Assembly: GCA_963749075.1 (NCBI GenBank)
Contig: CAVVLJ010000017.1
Coordinates: 448,001 to 512,000, forward strand
DNA from: an uncultured Pseudomonadota bacterium
Lineage (GTDB): Bacteria; Pseudomonadota; Alphaproteobacteria; JACZXZ01
Length of the DNA: 64,000 nt
Direction of reading: 5' to 3'
The position numbers and the translations under genes were made by a program. How positions within the stretch are numbered: the stretch's first letter is position 1; the number at the start of each line of letters is the position of its first letter. Below the pieces are notes generated by a model. That model was not told where the DNA came from, did not search any database, and saw nothing but the letters and a program-made list of their open reading frames with translations. Of the stretch, positions 1 through 9,646 are shown piece after piece.

Positions 1-2
1 GC

Positions 3-944
3 CTGATCGTCGGCGATACGATACTCGACGAATACATCTACGTCGAGCCGCTCGGCAAGCCGTCGAAGGAGAACATCATCGCGGCTCGCTATCTCGAAAG
101 GGAGATGTTCCCGGGCGGCGTGATCGCCACCGCCAACACAACGGCGCAATTCTGCGCTCACATCGACCTCGTGACGCTGCTGGGCAAACCCGATAGCCGA
201 GAGGAGTTCATTCGACAGTCCCTCCACCAGCACGTCAGCCTGATCCCGTTCTATCGCGAGGGCGCTCCGACGACGCTCAAGAGCCGGCTCGTCGATCCCG
301 GCTACGTCAAGAAGCTGATCGAGGTCGCCTATCTCGACGATGCCCCGCTCCCGCCGGCGAAGCAGGCGGAAATAAACGGATGGATGGACGCGGAAATCGG
401 GAAATACGACATGGTCATGGTCAACGACTTCGGCCATGGCCTGATCGACGAGACATTGATCGACATCATGTGCCGCAAGGCGCGCTTCCTCGCGGTCAGC
501 GCGCAGACCAACAGCGCAAACCATGGTTTCAATCTGGTCACTCGCTATCCGCGCGCGGATCTGGTTTGCATCGACGAGCCGGAGGCGCGCTTAGCCGCGG
601 CCGACCGCCATGCGCCGATCGAGGCCGTCATTCGGCAGAAGCTCGGACCTCGGATGCATTGCCCCACCTTCATCGTCACGCACGGCAAATTGGGCTGCGT
701 GGTCTCGGCGAATGGCGGCCATATCAAGCATATCCCCGCGCTGATCGACGAGGCGGTGGACACGATGGGGGCAGGCGACGCCTTCTTTTCGGTGGCCTCG
801 CCGCTGATCGCCAACGGCTGCGATCCGTTCATCGCGGCCTTCATCGGCAACGTCGTCGGCGCGATGAAGATCCGCATCGTCGGTCACCGGCACCAGATAT
901 CCGACGTGGAGATACTCAAGTATCTCGCGAGCCTGCTGAAGTAG
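3..944 (+). CDS. PfkB-family sugar kinase, RfaE/HldE kinase-like (5' partial)
   Basis: Frame is open from the window edge (LIVGDTILDEY...). Contains NDFGHG, VTHGKLG and the PfkB anion-hole motif DTMGAGDAF. Confidence 0.85.
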   Translation: MIVGDTILDEYIYVEPLGKPSKENIIAARYLEREMFPGGVIATANTTAQFCAHIDLVTLLGKPDSREEFIRQSLHQHVSLIPFYREGAPTTLKSRLVDPGYVKKLIEVAYLDDAPLPPAKQAEINGWMDAEIGKYDMVMVNDFGHGLIDETLIDIMCRKARFLAVSAQTNSANHGFNLVTRYPRADLVCIDEPEARLAAADRHAPIEAVIRQKLGPRMHCPTFIVTHGKLGCVVSANGGHIKHIPALIDEAVDTMGAGDAFFSVASPLIANGCDPFIAAFIGNVVGAMKIRIVGHRHQISDVEILKYLASLLK

Positions 945-953
945 GCCGCCACG

Positions 954-2003
954 TCACGCGAGCTTGAGGAGGACGCGGCCGCCCTTGCCGCTGCGCACCA
1001 GGGACAGCGCCTCGTTGATGTCGTGGAGCGGAAATTCGTCGGTGACGATGCCTTCGAAAGAGATGCGTCCCGCCCTTTGCAGCCGGATGATGCGCGGAAT
1101 GTCGATATGCGGCCGGGCGTCGCCGCCGTGCGAGCCCGTGAGAACCTTGTTGAAGTGGATCGGCAGGGTATAGATCGTCACCTTTTCCGAGGGCACGCCG
1201 ACGAGCACGCAGGTGCCGTCGGGGTGGGTCAGGTTGTATGCGAACTCGATCACCGACTTGACGCCGGTGGTTTCGATCACCTTGTCGGGTCCCTTGCCGC
1301 CGACGATTCCGCGGATACCGGCATCCAGCTCCGCGTGCGAGATCTTCGCGGAATTGAAGCCATGGCTGGCGCCGCGCTGACGGGCCATGGCGAGCTTGTG
1401 ATCGTGAAGGTCGATGGCGACGATCGGATAGGCGCCCGCGAGTGCGGCGAACTGGACGATGTTGATGCCGACGCCGCCGACGCCGAACACCGCCACGGAT
1501 TCCCCGATTTTCACGCCGGCATCGTTGTTGATCACGCCGGCGGCCGTGGTCACGGCGCAGCCGAGCAGCGGAGCCAACCTGGGATCGTAGTCGTGCGGAA
1601 TCGGCGTCAGCCGGTTCTCCGACACGATCGCACACTCGTTGAACGTGGTCACCCAGCCGGCGTTGAGCTTGGCGCCGCGCCAGGCGTAGGACGCGGTTGT
1701 GCCCTGGATGCCGAGGCTCGGCCGCCAGTGCATGACCACGGTATCGCCCGGCTTCACGTTCGTCACCCCGGGTCCGATTTCGAGCACCTTGGCGGACGCC
1801 TCGTGACCGAGCAGATGCGGCAGAAACTTGTCCGGACCCTTCGCCGCGTCGATCTCGTTGATTTGGGCGCCGCAGATCGAGGTGTAGAGAACCTTCACCA
1901 GGACCTGGCCGACCTCGAGCGCCTCGGGGAAGACGATTTCGTCGACGACGAGAGGCGATCTTGACTCGGCGAGAATGGCGGCCTTGGCCGTCTTGATCTG
2001 CAT
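954..2003 (-). CDS. Zinc-binding (MDR) alcohol dehydrogenase
   Basis: SICG, LLGHE, LGCAVTT and Rossmann GVGGVG motifs; no structural-zinc Cys4 cluster. Confidence 0.85.
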   Translation of the reverse strand: MQIKTAKAAILAESRSPLVVDEIVFPEALEVGQVLVKVLYTSICGAQINEIDAAKGPDKFLPHLLGHEASAKVLEIGPGVTNVKPGDTVVMHWRPSLGIQGTTASYAWRGAKLNAGWVTTFNECAIVSENRLTPIPHDYDPRLAPLLGCAVTTAAGVINNDAGVKIGESVAVFGVGGVGINIVQFAALAGAYPIVAIDLHDHKLAMARQRGASHGFNSAKISHAELDAGIRGIVGGKGPDKVIETTGVKSVIEFAYNLTHPDGTCVLVGVPSEKVTIYTLPIHFNKVLTGSHGGDARPHIDIPRIIRLQRAGRISFEGIVTDEFPLHDINEALSLVRSGKGGRVLLKLA

Positions 2004-2015
2004 GGCGATCGAACC

Positions 2016-2681
2016 TCATTCGAAGTAAATGAATTCGTAGTCGCCCGTGTAGCCGAAGTGGCTATAGAGCCATATCCATTCGGACGTGTGGAACAACGAT
2101 TCGGCGGTCAGCGCCCAGCACTCGAGATTGAAGAGCTCGAGCTCGTTGCGATAGGCCTCGACCATGACGTATTTGGCGACGCCCACGCGCTCGATCTCCT
2201 GGAGCGCCGTTTGCAGCTCGAAGATGCGCAGGTTGTGCACCGAGCCGACGGCGATGACGAGATCGAAGCTCTTGTCGCCGAACGGGTAGCGGTCCTGCGC
2301 CTTGTATTTGATCAGATTGGGGCGGACCTCCTCCTTCGCATTGGCGAGGCCGTAATCGGAAATGTCGAAGCCGACGAGTTGGGCTGCGGGCAGCAGGAGC
2401 TTGAGCTCGTAGAGCAGATATCCCTTGCCGCACCCCACGTCGAGGATCTTCGCGTCCTCCTTGAGCCCGTACGTATCGATGAGACCCTCCGCGACCGGCT
2501 TCCAGCGTCCTGGGATGTAGCGGTACCCGCCATATCCATAGCGCCGGTCGCCGTCCCAATAATCGGCCTCGTATTCGCGCGCCTTCAACATGCAGCCGAC
2601 CTTGTCGTCCGTCATGCGGGCGATGTAATCGCGCTTGGTCGCCCGATGCAACGGAGTCACGATGTTGAGCATCCTACCCAT
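2016..2681 (-). CDS. Class I SAM-dependent methyltransferase
   Basis: ILDVGCGKG motif I, FDIS, FDLVI; N-terminal YWDGDRRYGYGGY; start placed at ATG 2681. Confidence 0.85.
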   Translation of the reverse strand: MGRMLNIVTPLHRATKRDYIARMTDDKVGCMLKAREYEADYWDGDRRYGYGGYRYIPGRWKPVAEGLIDTYGLKEDAKILDVGCGKGYLLYELKLLLPAAQLVGFDISDYGLANAKEEVRPNLIKYKAQDRYPFGDKSFDLVIAVGSVHNLRIFELQTALQEIERVGVAKYVMVEAYRNELELFNLECWALTAESLFHTSEWIWLYSHFGYTGDYEFIYFE

Positions 2682-2820
2682 GAGGTTCCCCCGATCATGC
2701 TCTCGAAGCGTCCGCCGGCCCGCCCGCTGAAGCGCGCCGCTCTGGCCTTGGTGCCCTGAATTGCCGCCGCTTTGACGCGCGGCCGCGGCCGGCGTTTGGC
2801 CCAAAGGGTGCCGCGCGGCC

Positions 2821-5214
2821 TCACTGCCCTTGCGGCGTCGCCCCCAGGATCTTGGCGCGCAGCTCCTCCGATATGCGGCGCGCCTCGTTCGAATCGCCGA
2901 TGACGTTCGGCGTGATGAAGACGATGAGCTCGGTCTTGGCGACCTGTTTATCGGTGGTGCCGGCGAGACCGCCGATCAGCGGGATGTCGGAGATGAGCGG
3001 AATGCCGGACTTCGCGTCAGTGCGGGCGTCCGAGATGAGGCCGCCGAGCACGATGGTCTGGCCGCTCTCGATCGACACGGTGCTGTCGATGCGGCGCTCG
3101 GAGATGGTGGGCGTGAGCGTGCCGGTCGCCGCGCTGGGCGACACGCTGCTCACCTCCTGCTCGACGTCGAGCGAGACCATGCCGCCGACGTTGATGCGCG
3201 GCGTCACATGCAGGATCACGCCGGTGTTGATGTACTGGATGGAGTTGACGATGGGCGCGTTGGATTCGCTCACGCTCACCGCCTGCTGCACCGTGACCGG
3301 CACCACGTCGCCGACCTGGAGCCGCGCCTCCTGATTGTCCTGCACCACGAGATGGGGCGAGGAGATGACGTTGACGTTCGTCTTGCTCGAGAGGGCGTCG
3401 AGGATGACGCCCGGCCCGGATTTACCGAGGATAAAGCTGAAGCCCGGCAGGTCGGACGCGATGCCCAACGCGCTCTGGTTGGTGAGGATGGTCGCGGCCT
3501 GCGTGCTGCTCACGTTGAGGTGGCTCAAATAGAACTGCAGGCCGTAGCGCAGCTCGTTGTTGAGCGTCACCTCGGCGATCGTCGCCTCGATCAGCACTTG
3601 CAGCGCGGGCACGTCGATCTGGCGGATGGCCGCCTCGATCATCTTGTAGGTATCGGGCAAGGCGAGGATGAGGAGCGCGTTCGAGACCTCGTCGGGGATC
3701 ACCCGCACGCCCGCGAAGGCGGGCTCGGCCGCGACGCCGGCGCCGGCCGTTCCTTCGATCGCCGATGCGCTCGCGGCGCGCTGCGCGGCAGCTGCACCGC
3801 CCGGCTGGTTCACGCTGCCGAGGCCGCCGATCGAGCCGAGCCCGGTCGAGGAGAGGCCGCCCACGCCGGTGCTCGCCAAGGTGCTCGTGCCGCCGGCCCC
3901 GCCGACGGCGACCGGCGTGCTCCCGGGCGCCACGCGGCCCGAAGTCTCCTCCGTGCGCTGGGGCGCCAGGCCGAAGACCTGATTGAGCATGCGCGCGATG
4001 TTGGCGGCCTTGCCGTTCTTGAGATAGTAGACGTAGAGGCTGGCGCCCGCCGCGCTATCGCGGTCGAGGCGTGCGATCCATTGGTCGATCTCGCGCAGCA
4101 GCTGCGGGCTCTGGCTCACCACCAGCACGGCATTGAGCCGCACGATCGGCAGCAGCTTGACGACGCCCTTGAGCGGCGGGGCTGCCCCGGTCGCCACGAC
4201 GGCCGCCGGCGGGGTGCCCTCCGGGGCTGCCGCCTGTGCCGCAGCCTGCTCGGCGGTGCTCGCGCTGGCCGCGAGGCCGCCGCCCAGCATGGTCTCGAGC
4301 TCGGCAATGACGCTGGCCGGGTTGGAATGCTTGAGCGGGAAGATGCCGATCGACTTGTTGCGCAGCCAATCCACGTCGAAGCTGCGCACGGTATCGATGA
4401 GGTACTGCCGCTCGTTGCGGTCGCCCGCGACGATGAGGAGGTTGCGCGCCGTATCGATGCGCACGAGGCCCGGCAGGTTCTTGAGCGGGCCCAGGATCTC
4501 GCCGATGTTCTGCGCCGAAATGTGGCGCAGCGGAATGATGCTGAGGCCGTAGCCGGCAGGGAGCGGCTCCTTGAGGTCGCCGAGCGGGGCGACCACAGCC
4601 GGGCCGACTGCCTCGCCCGCGGGCACGATGCGGTAGCCGGTGCGGTCGCGGACGAGGGCGCCGCCGTTCATGCGCAGGATGGTCTCGAGCAAGGCGAGCA
4701 GGTTCGCGCGCGAGATCGGATTGGCGGTCGCGATGGTGACGTTGCCCTGCAGGCGCGGATCGATCACGTAATTGAGGTGGAGCGTATCGGTCAAGATGAG
4801 CCGCACCACGTCGCGGAGCGGCGCATTCTCGAAATTGAGGCGCACGTCCTCGCCCGTGGGCTCGACCTCGGCGGTCGCCGCCTGCGGCGCCGGCGCCACC
4901 TCCGTCCCGGTGCCGAAATAGACCTGCTTCTGCGCTTCGCCTCCCGTGGACCCGCCCGGCTGGATGCGGATGGGCTCGGGCTTGGCTATGGGTGGCGCGA
5001 CCTGCGCCGGCGGGGCCAAGGAGCGGTTCATGAGCCGCGACAGCAGGCCACCCCCGCCCTGCGGCTCGGGAGATTGGTTCTCCTTGCAGGCGGCGAGCGT
5101 GCAGACCGCGAGCAGCACCACGACGCCCGCGCGCGAACTCCCGAGGAGCGGCGCCACGCAGCCGCGCTGCCGCAGAAAGGATCGCCACCAGGCTGAGATC
5201 AATGCTCCCCACAT
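2821..5214 (-). CDS. gspD: Type II secretion secretin GspD, lipoprotein (liposecretin) type
   Basis: Lipobox LAAC; N0 domain (LNFENAPLRDV...YVIDP); secretin core QVLIEATIAEV ... GIPLISDIPLIG ... ELIVFITP. Start uncertain (GTG 5157 possible). Confidence 0.93.
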   Translation of the reverse strand: MWGALISAWWRSFLRQRGCVAPLLGSSRAGVVVLLAVCTLAACKENQSPEPQGGGGLLSRLMNRSLAPPAQVAPPIAKPEPIRIQPGGSTGGEAQKQVYFGTGTEVAPAPQAATAEVEPTGEDVRLNFENAPLRDVVRLILTDTLHLNYVIDPRLQGNVTIATANPISRANLLALLETILRMNGGALVRDRTGYRIVPAGEAVGPAVVAPLGDLKEPLPAGYGLSIIPLRHISAQNIGEILGPLKNLPGLVRIDTARNLLIVAGDRNERQYLIDTVRSFDVDWLRNKSIGIFPLKHSNPASVIAELETMLGGGLAASASTAEQAAAQAAAPEGTPPAAVVATGAAPPLKGVVKLLPIVRLNAVLVVSQSPQLLREIDQWIARLDRDSAAGASLYVYYLKNGKAANIARMLNQVFGLAPQRTEETSGRVAPGSTPVAVGGAGGTSTLASTGVGGLSSTGLGSIGGLGSVNQPGGAAAAQRAASASAIEGTAGAGVAAEPAFAGVRVIPDEVSNALLILALPDTYKMIEAAIRQIDVPALQVLIEATIAEVTLNNELRYGLQFYLSHLNVSSTQAATILTNQSALGIASDLPGFSFILGKSGPGVILDALSSKTNVNVISSPHLVVQDNQEARLQVGDVVPVTVQQAVSVSESNAPIVNSIQYINTGVILHVTPRINVGGMVSLDVEQEVSSVSPSAATGTLTPTISERRIDSTVSIESGQTIVLGGLISDARTDAKSGIPLISDIPLIGGLAGTTDKQVAKTELIVFITPNVIGDSNEARRISEELRAKILGATPQGQ

Positions 5215-5487
5215 GCAGAGACAGCTCGTTCCGCGGCCGCCGGCCGCGACGCGAGCCCCGGCGGAAACGGCACCCCGGCGGTTCTATCGCCGCAAAGGTG
5301 GTGTCGTCCGCTCCCCCGCGCCGCAGTTTCCCGGATAATGCCAATGGGGTCAAGCCGAACGGCCCCGAGCGCTCCCCGTGGTCGCTTGCCGACGGCGGGG
5401 TGGGGCGGTGTAATCATCGACGGGCGCAAAGCCTCATGATATGACTACGGCGAGTTCCGGGTTGACCCGCGGAGCGGAGAGGGGGCG

Positions 5488-5760
5488 ATGGGAAAGGGCT
5501 CAATCGCGGCCCTGGCGGCCTTGGCGCTTTCGGCCTGCACCGGCAATGCGCCGCCGACGGGCGCCAATGTGACCGCTGCGGTCGCCACGCCCCTCTACAT
5601 CGCCGCCAAGATCCCGGTCTGCGTCGGCACGGTCGCGGTCGCGGCACCGCTCGGCGGGCTCGCGGCGCTGGCGCCCGGCGATGATGCGCGCTATTTCCAG
5701 GGCGAGATCGCGCACGGCCTCACGGCGAATTGCGGGCCGCCCTATGTGCTCGCGCACTGA
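5488..5760 (+). CDS. Small lipoprotein of unknown function, first gene of the gsp operon
   Basis: Signal peptide with lipobox LSAC; GGAG-rich RBS; directly upstream of gspE. Confidence 0.7.
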   Translation: MGKGSIAALAALALSACTGNAPPTGANVTAAVATPLYIAAKIPVCVGTVAVAAPLGGLAALAPGDDARYFQGEIAHGLTANCGPPYVLAH

Positions 5761-5790
5761 CGGCCGCGGCCGAGTGCGATCGAGGGGAGC

Positions 5791-7470
5791 GTGAAGACTG
5801 TCACGGAGGTGCTGGTCGAACTGGGCAAGCTCAGCCCGGAGGATGTTGGCCGCGCGCGCCGGGCGCAGCAGAACCCCGACGACCCCTTGGACGACGTGCT
5901 CGAGCAGCTCGGCCTGCTCTCGAGCCCGACCAAGGCGCTCGCCGTATCTATCGTCCACAGCCTGCCGCTCGCGAGGGCGGCGGATTTCCCGCCGAGCCCG
6001 CCGGCGCTTTCCGGCCTCTCGCCCAAGTTTCTGCGCGACGCCAAGGCGCTGCCCATAGCACTCCGCGAGGACGGCATCGTGCTCGCCATGGCCGACCCGG
6101 GTGCTGCCTATGTCATCGATGCCGTGCGGCTCGCAAGCGGCCGGCCGGTGATCCCCTGGGTCGCCGCCGGTTCGGACATCGAAGCGGCGCTCAACCGCTA
6201 TTTCCCGCCCGGAGAGGTGCCAGCGGAGCCTGCGGCAGAGGCGCTCGCCGGCGGCGGCGAGGCTGCTGAAGAGGACGTCCATCGCCTCCAGGACCTTGCG
6301 CGCGAGGCGCCGGTCATCCGGCTCGTCAACCAGATCTTCGCAGATGCCGTCGAGGCGCGCGCCTCCGACATCCACATCGAGCCTTTCCGCGACGAGCTCC
6401 GGCTGCGCTACCGCGTGGACGGCGCGCTCCGCCACTTGCCTGCTCCGCCGGCAAGGCTTGCCCGCGCCATCGCCTCGCGCATCAAGATCCTGGCGCGGCT
6501 CAACATCGCCGAGCGCCGCTTGCCGCAGGACGGCCGCGCGCGCTTCGCCGTCGGCGGCCGGCAGATCGACCTGCGCGTTGCCACCATGCCGACCATCCAT
6601 GGCGAGAGCATCTCGATCCGCCTGCTCGAAGACATGGGCGAGGCGCCGAGCTTCGCGAGCCTCGGCCTCTCGACCGGAGCCGAGGAGACGCTGCGGAAGG
6701 CGCTCGCGGCCCCGCACGGCATGGTGCTTGCGACCGGGCCCACCGGCAGCGGCAAGACGACGCTCCTCTACGCGGCGCTCAACATGCTCAACCGCGAGGA
6801 GTGCAACATCCTCACCGTCGAGGATCCGATCGAATACCAGATCCCCGGCATCAATCAGGTCCAGGTCAAGGCGGAGATCGGCCTGAGCTTCGCGCGGCTC
6901 CTGCGCTCTATGGTGCGGCATGACCCCGACATCATCATGGTCGGCGAGATGCGCGACGGCGAGACCGCAAACATCGGCGTGCATGCGGCCCTGACCGGTC
7001 ACCTGGTGCTGACCACGCTCCATACCAACAGCGCCGCGGGTGCGGTTGCGCGCCTCGTCGACATGGGGGTGCCGCCGTTCCTCCTGACGTTGACCCTCCG
7101 AGCCATGATCGGCCAGCGCCTGGTCCGCGTCCTCTGCCGCGAGTGCCGCGAGCCGATCCCGACTCCGGCCGATTTCGCGATTCTTGCAGCTCGGCACGGC
7201 ATCGCCGACGCCGGGGCGGGTACGCTCTTCCGCGCCACGGGCTGCGAGGCCTGCGCTGGGACCGGCTATTACGGCCGCACCGGCATCTTCGAGCTCATCG
7301 AGATGGACGACGGCATGCGCGAGCTGGTGCGCGCGGGTGCGGGCACGCGCGAGATCGAGCGCGCGGCCCGCGAGCAGGGCGTGATAACGATGTTCTGCGA
7401 CGGCCTCGGCAAATGCCTCGCCGGCGTCACCACGCTCGCCGAGGTCGCGCGCGTGACCGAGGCCTGGTGA
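5791..7470 (+). CDS. gspE: Type II secretion ATPase GspE
   Basis: ASDIHIEP, Walker A GPTGSGKTT, TVEDPIEY, DPDIIMVGEMRD, His box TGHLVLTTLHTN, two CxxC zinc motifs. Confidence 0.96.
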   Translation: MKTVTEVLVELGKLSPEDVGRARRAQQNPDDPLDDVLEQLGLLSSPTKALAVSIVHSLPLARAADFPPSPPALSGLSPKFLRDAKALPIALREDGIVLAMADPGAAYVIDAVRLASGRPVIPWVAAGSDIEAALNRYFPPGEVPAEPAAEALAGGGEAAEEDVHRLQDLAREAPVIRLVNQIFADAVEARASDIHIEPFRDELRLRYRVDGALRHLPAPPARLARAIASRIKILARLNIAERRLPQDGRARFAVGGRQIDLRVATMPTIHGESISIRLLEDMGEAPSFASLGLSTGAEETLRKALAAPHGMVLATGPTGSGKTTLLYAALNMLNREECNILTVEDPIEYQIPGINQVQVKAEIGLSFARLLRSMVRHDPDIIMVGEMRDGETANIGVHAALTGHLVLTTLHTNSAAGAVARLVDMGVPPFLLTLTLRAMIGQRLVRVLCRECREPIPTPADFAILAARHGIADAGAGTLFRATGCEACAGTGYYGRTGIFELIEMDDGMRELVRAGAGTREIERAAREQGVITMFCDGLGKCLAGVTTLAEVARVTEAW

Positions 7471-7472
7471 GC

Positions 7473-8688
7473 GTGCCCGTCTTCGAATATCTCGCACTCG
7501 ATGCCAGCGGCGAGCGCGTGCGCGGCCGCATGGAGGCCTTGAACGCGCAGGCGGTGGTGACGCAGCTCCAGGCGCATGGGCATCTGCCGATCGAGTCCCG
7601 CGAGGTGACGAGCGCGGACGCCGCCGTCGCAAGGCCGCAGTCATGGCGGCGCTCGGTCGGGGGCCGCGAGGTCGCCGGCTTCTTCCGCGCGCTTTCCGCA
7701 CTGCTCGCGGCGGGGCACCCGCTCGACCAAGCGCTCGGCGTCCTCGAGGGCGCCGCCGCGAGCAAGCGCCTCGCGCGCGCGACGGCCGGGATCAGGGCCA
7801 AGGTGCGCGCCGGCCAGACGCTGAGCAGCGGGCTCGAGGAATGCGGGGCGATCTTCACCCCGCTCGACGTTCTCGATCGCGCGCGCGGGCGAGGCGACGG
7901 GGATGCTCGCCCTCGTCCTCACGCGGCTTGCCGACTACCGCGAGAAATCCGCGCGCCTGCGCGAGAGCGTGCTCGCGGCCCTCTATTATCCCGCCATCGT
8001 GGTATGCGTGGCCGCGCTCGCCCTCGTTTTCCTCCTCAGCTATGTGGTGCCGCAGTTCGAGCAGCTCTTCGCCGAGGCCCATGCTGCGCTGCCGCGGCCG
8101 ACCGAGATCGTCATTGCCGCCGGCCGCTTCTTCCGCGACGACGGCTGGGCGCTCGCGCTGGCGCTCGCGTGCCTGCTCCTCCTCTACGAGCGCGCCATGC
8201 GGCGCCCGGGCCCGCGCCTGCTGCGCGACCGCCTGCTGCTGCATGTCCCGATCGTGCGAGGCCTTATCCTGGATACGGCCACGGCGCGCCTCTCGGAGAC
8301 GCTGGCGACGCTGCTCGAGAGCGGCCTCGAGCTGCCGGCGGCCTTGGCGCTCGCGCGCGGCGTCGTCGGCAACGCCGCCCTCGCCGAGGACATCGAGCGT
8401 GCCATCCTCGGCGTGCGCGACGGGCGGCACTTCTCGGACGAGCTCAAGGCGAGCGGCCTCTTCCCCAAGCTCGCGGTCAGCATGCTGCGGGTCGGCGAGG
8501 AGAGCGGCAATCTGGCGCAGGCGGCGGCGCAGGTCGCGGCATTCTTTGCTGAGAGGCTCGAGCGCACGCTCAAGCGCCTGCTCGTGCTCGTCGAGCCGGC
8601 GCTCATCCTTGCCGTCGGCTTGCTGGTTGGCGGCATCGTCTTTTCCATTATAATTGCTGTCATCAAGGTCAATGGGCTGGCGGCCTAG
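7473..8688 (+). CDS. gspF: Type II secretion platform protein GspF, frameshifted at 7870-7871 (one extra T, probably a sequencing error)
   Basis: N-terminus VPVFEYLALDASGERVRGRMEA in one frame; AGEATG...ALYYP...VGEESGNL...LVEPALI in another. Removing one T restores PLDVSIARAGEATG. Confidence 0.9.
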
Positions 8689-8705
8689 CGCAAGAGGAGG
8701 GAGAA

Positions 8706-9200
8706 TTGCCGCGCGTGTCGCCCTCGTCCTTCGCACCCCGCCGGGATAGGCCGCATTGCCTTCCTGCCTGCGGGAGAGGAAAGCGCCGGCGTCGGCGCGA
8801 GCGCGGCTTCACGCTCATCGAGCTCCTCGTCGTCCTCGTCATCCTCGGACTTCTCGCCGGCCTCGTGGCGCCGCACGTGCTTGATTATCTGAGCGGCGCG
8901 CGCAAGGACACGGTCCAGCTCCAGATGAAGAACCTCGCCGATATCCTCGATCTCTACTATCTCGAGAACCATTCCTACCCCACCACCAGCCAGGGGCTCG
9001 AGGCGCTCACCCGCTGTCCCCCCGCCTGCACCGACGGCACGCGGCCGATGCTCGCGAACGTGCCGCGCGATCCTTGGAAGCACCCCTACATCTATCGCGC
9101 GCCGGGACAGAGCGGCCCCTTCGACCTCTGCTCGAGCGGGCCCGGCGGCGACGCGCAAAGCGAAGGAGCGAGCGGTGTCATCTGCTACCAGCACCCGTGA
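8706..9200 (+). CDS. gspG: Major pseudopilin GspG
   Basis: G|FTLIELLVVLVILGLLA N-methylation motif, YPTTSQGLEAL, DPWKHPY; TTG start after a GAGGAGG RBS. Confidence 0.92.
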   Translation: MPRVSPSSFAPRRDRPHCLPACGRGKRRRRRERGFTLIELLVVLVILGLLAGLVAPHVLDYLSGARKDTVQLQMKNLADILDLYYLENHSYPTTSQGLEALTRCPPACTDGTRPMLANVPRDPWKHPYIYRAPGQSGPFDLCSSGPGGDAQSEGASGVICYQHP

Positions 9201-9645
9201 GGCGGCGGGCGGCTTCACGCTCATCGAGCTCCTCGTCGTCCTCGCCATCCTCGCGGGCCTGCTCTATTTCGCCGTGCCGCGGCTGACGGCGAGCGGCGGA
9301 GCGGTGGCGCTCCGCGCCGCTGCGGCCGATCTCGCGGCCGAGCTCCGCGTCGTGCGTAGCGCCGCGATCGCGGCGGACGACGCCAAGATCCTGATCGTCG
9401 ATCCGAAGCGCCATCGCTTCGCCGCCGAAGGTGCCGCGCATGCCCATCTCGTGCCGTCCGACGTGCGCATGACGGTGCTGACCGCCGAAAGCGAGCTCCT
9501 GCCGGACGGCAGGCCTGCGATCCGCTTTTTCCCGGACGGTTCCTCGACCGGCGGCGGGGTCGAGCTCGCGGGGACGAGCGTCACGGTCGTCGTCGCGGTC
9601 GATTGGCTGACCGGCCAGGTCAGCCTGCGCGACAAGCGGCCGTGA
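9175..9645 (+). CDS. gspH: Minor pseudopilin GspH
   Basis: GFTLIELLVVL; IRFFPDGSSTGG; VDWLTGQV. Confidence 0.88.
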   Translation: MSSATSTREAAGGFTLIELLVVLAILAGLLYFAVPRLTASGGAVALRAAAADLAAELRVVRSAAIAADDAKILIVDPKRHRFAAEGAAHAHLVPSDVRMTVLTAESELLPDGRPAIRFFPDGSSTGGGVELAGTSVTVVVAVDWLTGQVSLRDKRP

Positions 9646-9646
9646 C

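Noticed and set aside
2830-5196. Long antisense or alternate-frame ORFs (e.g. 2830-5196 +, 5500-7701 -, 15986-17776 +, 17271-19073 -, 58437-60362 +, 62342-63886 -)
   Set aside because: They overlap well-supported genes, are Arg/Ala/Pro/His-rich and motif-free; typical shadows of high-GC codon bias.
8805-9245. Identical stretch of about 34 nt (GGCTTCACGCTCATCGAGCTCCTCGTCGTCCTCG) in gspG and gspH
   Set aside because: Explained by the shared prepilin GFTLIELLVVL motif and codon bias; not a mobile or CRISPR repeat.
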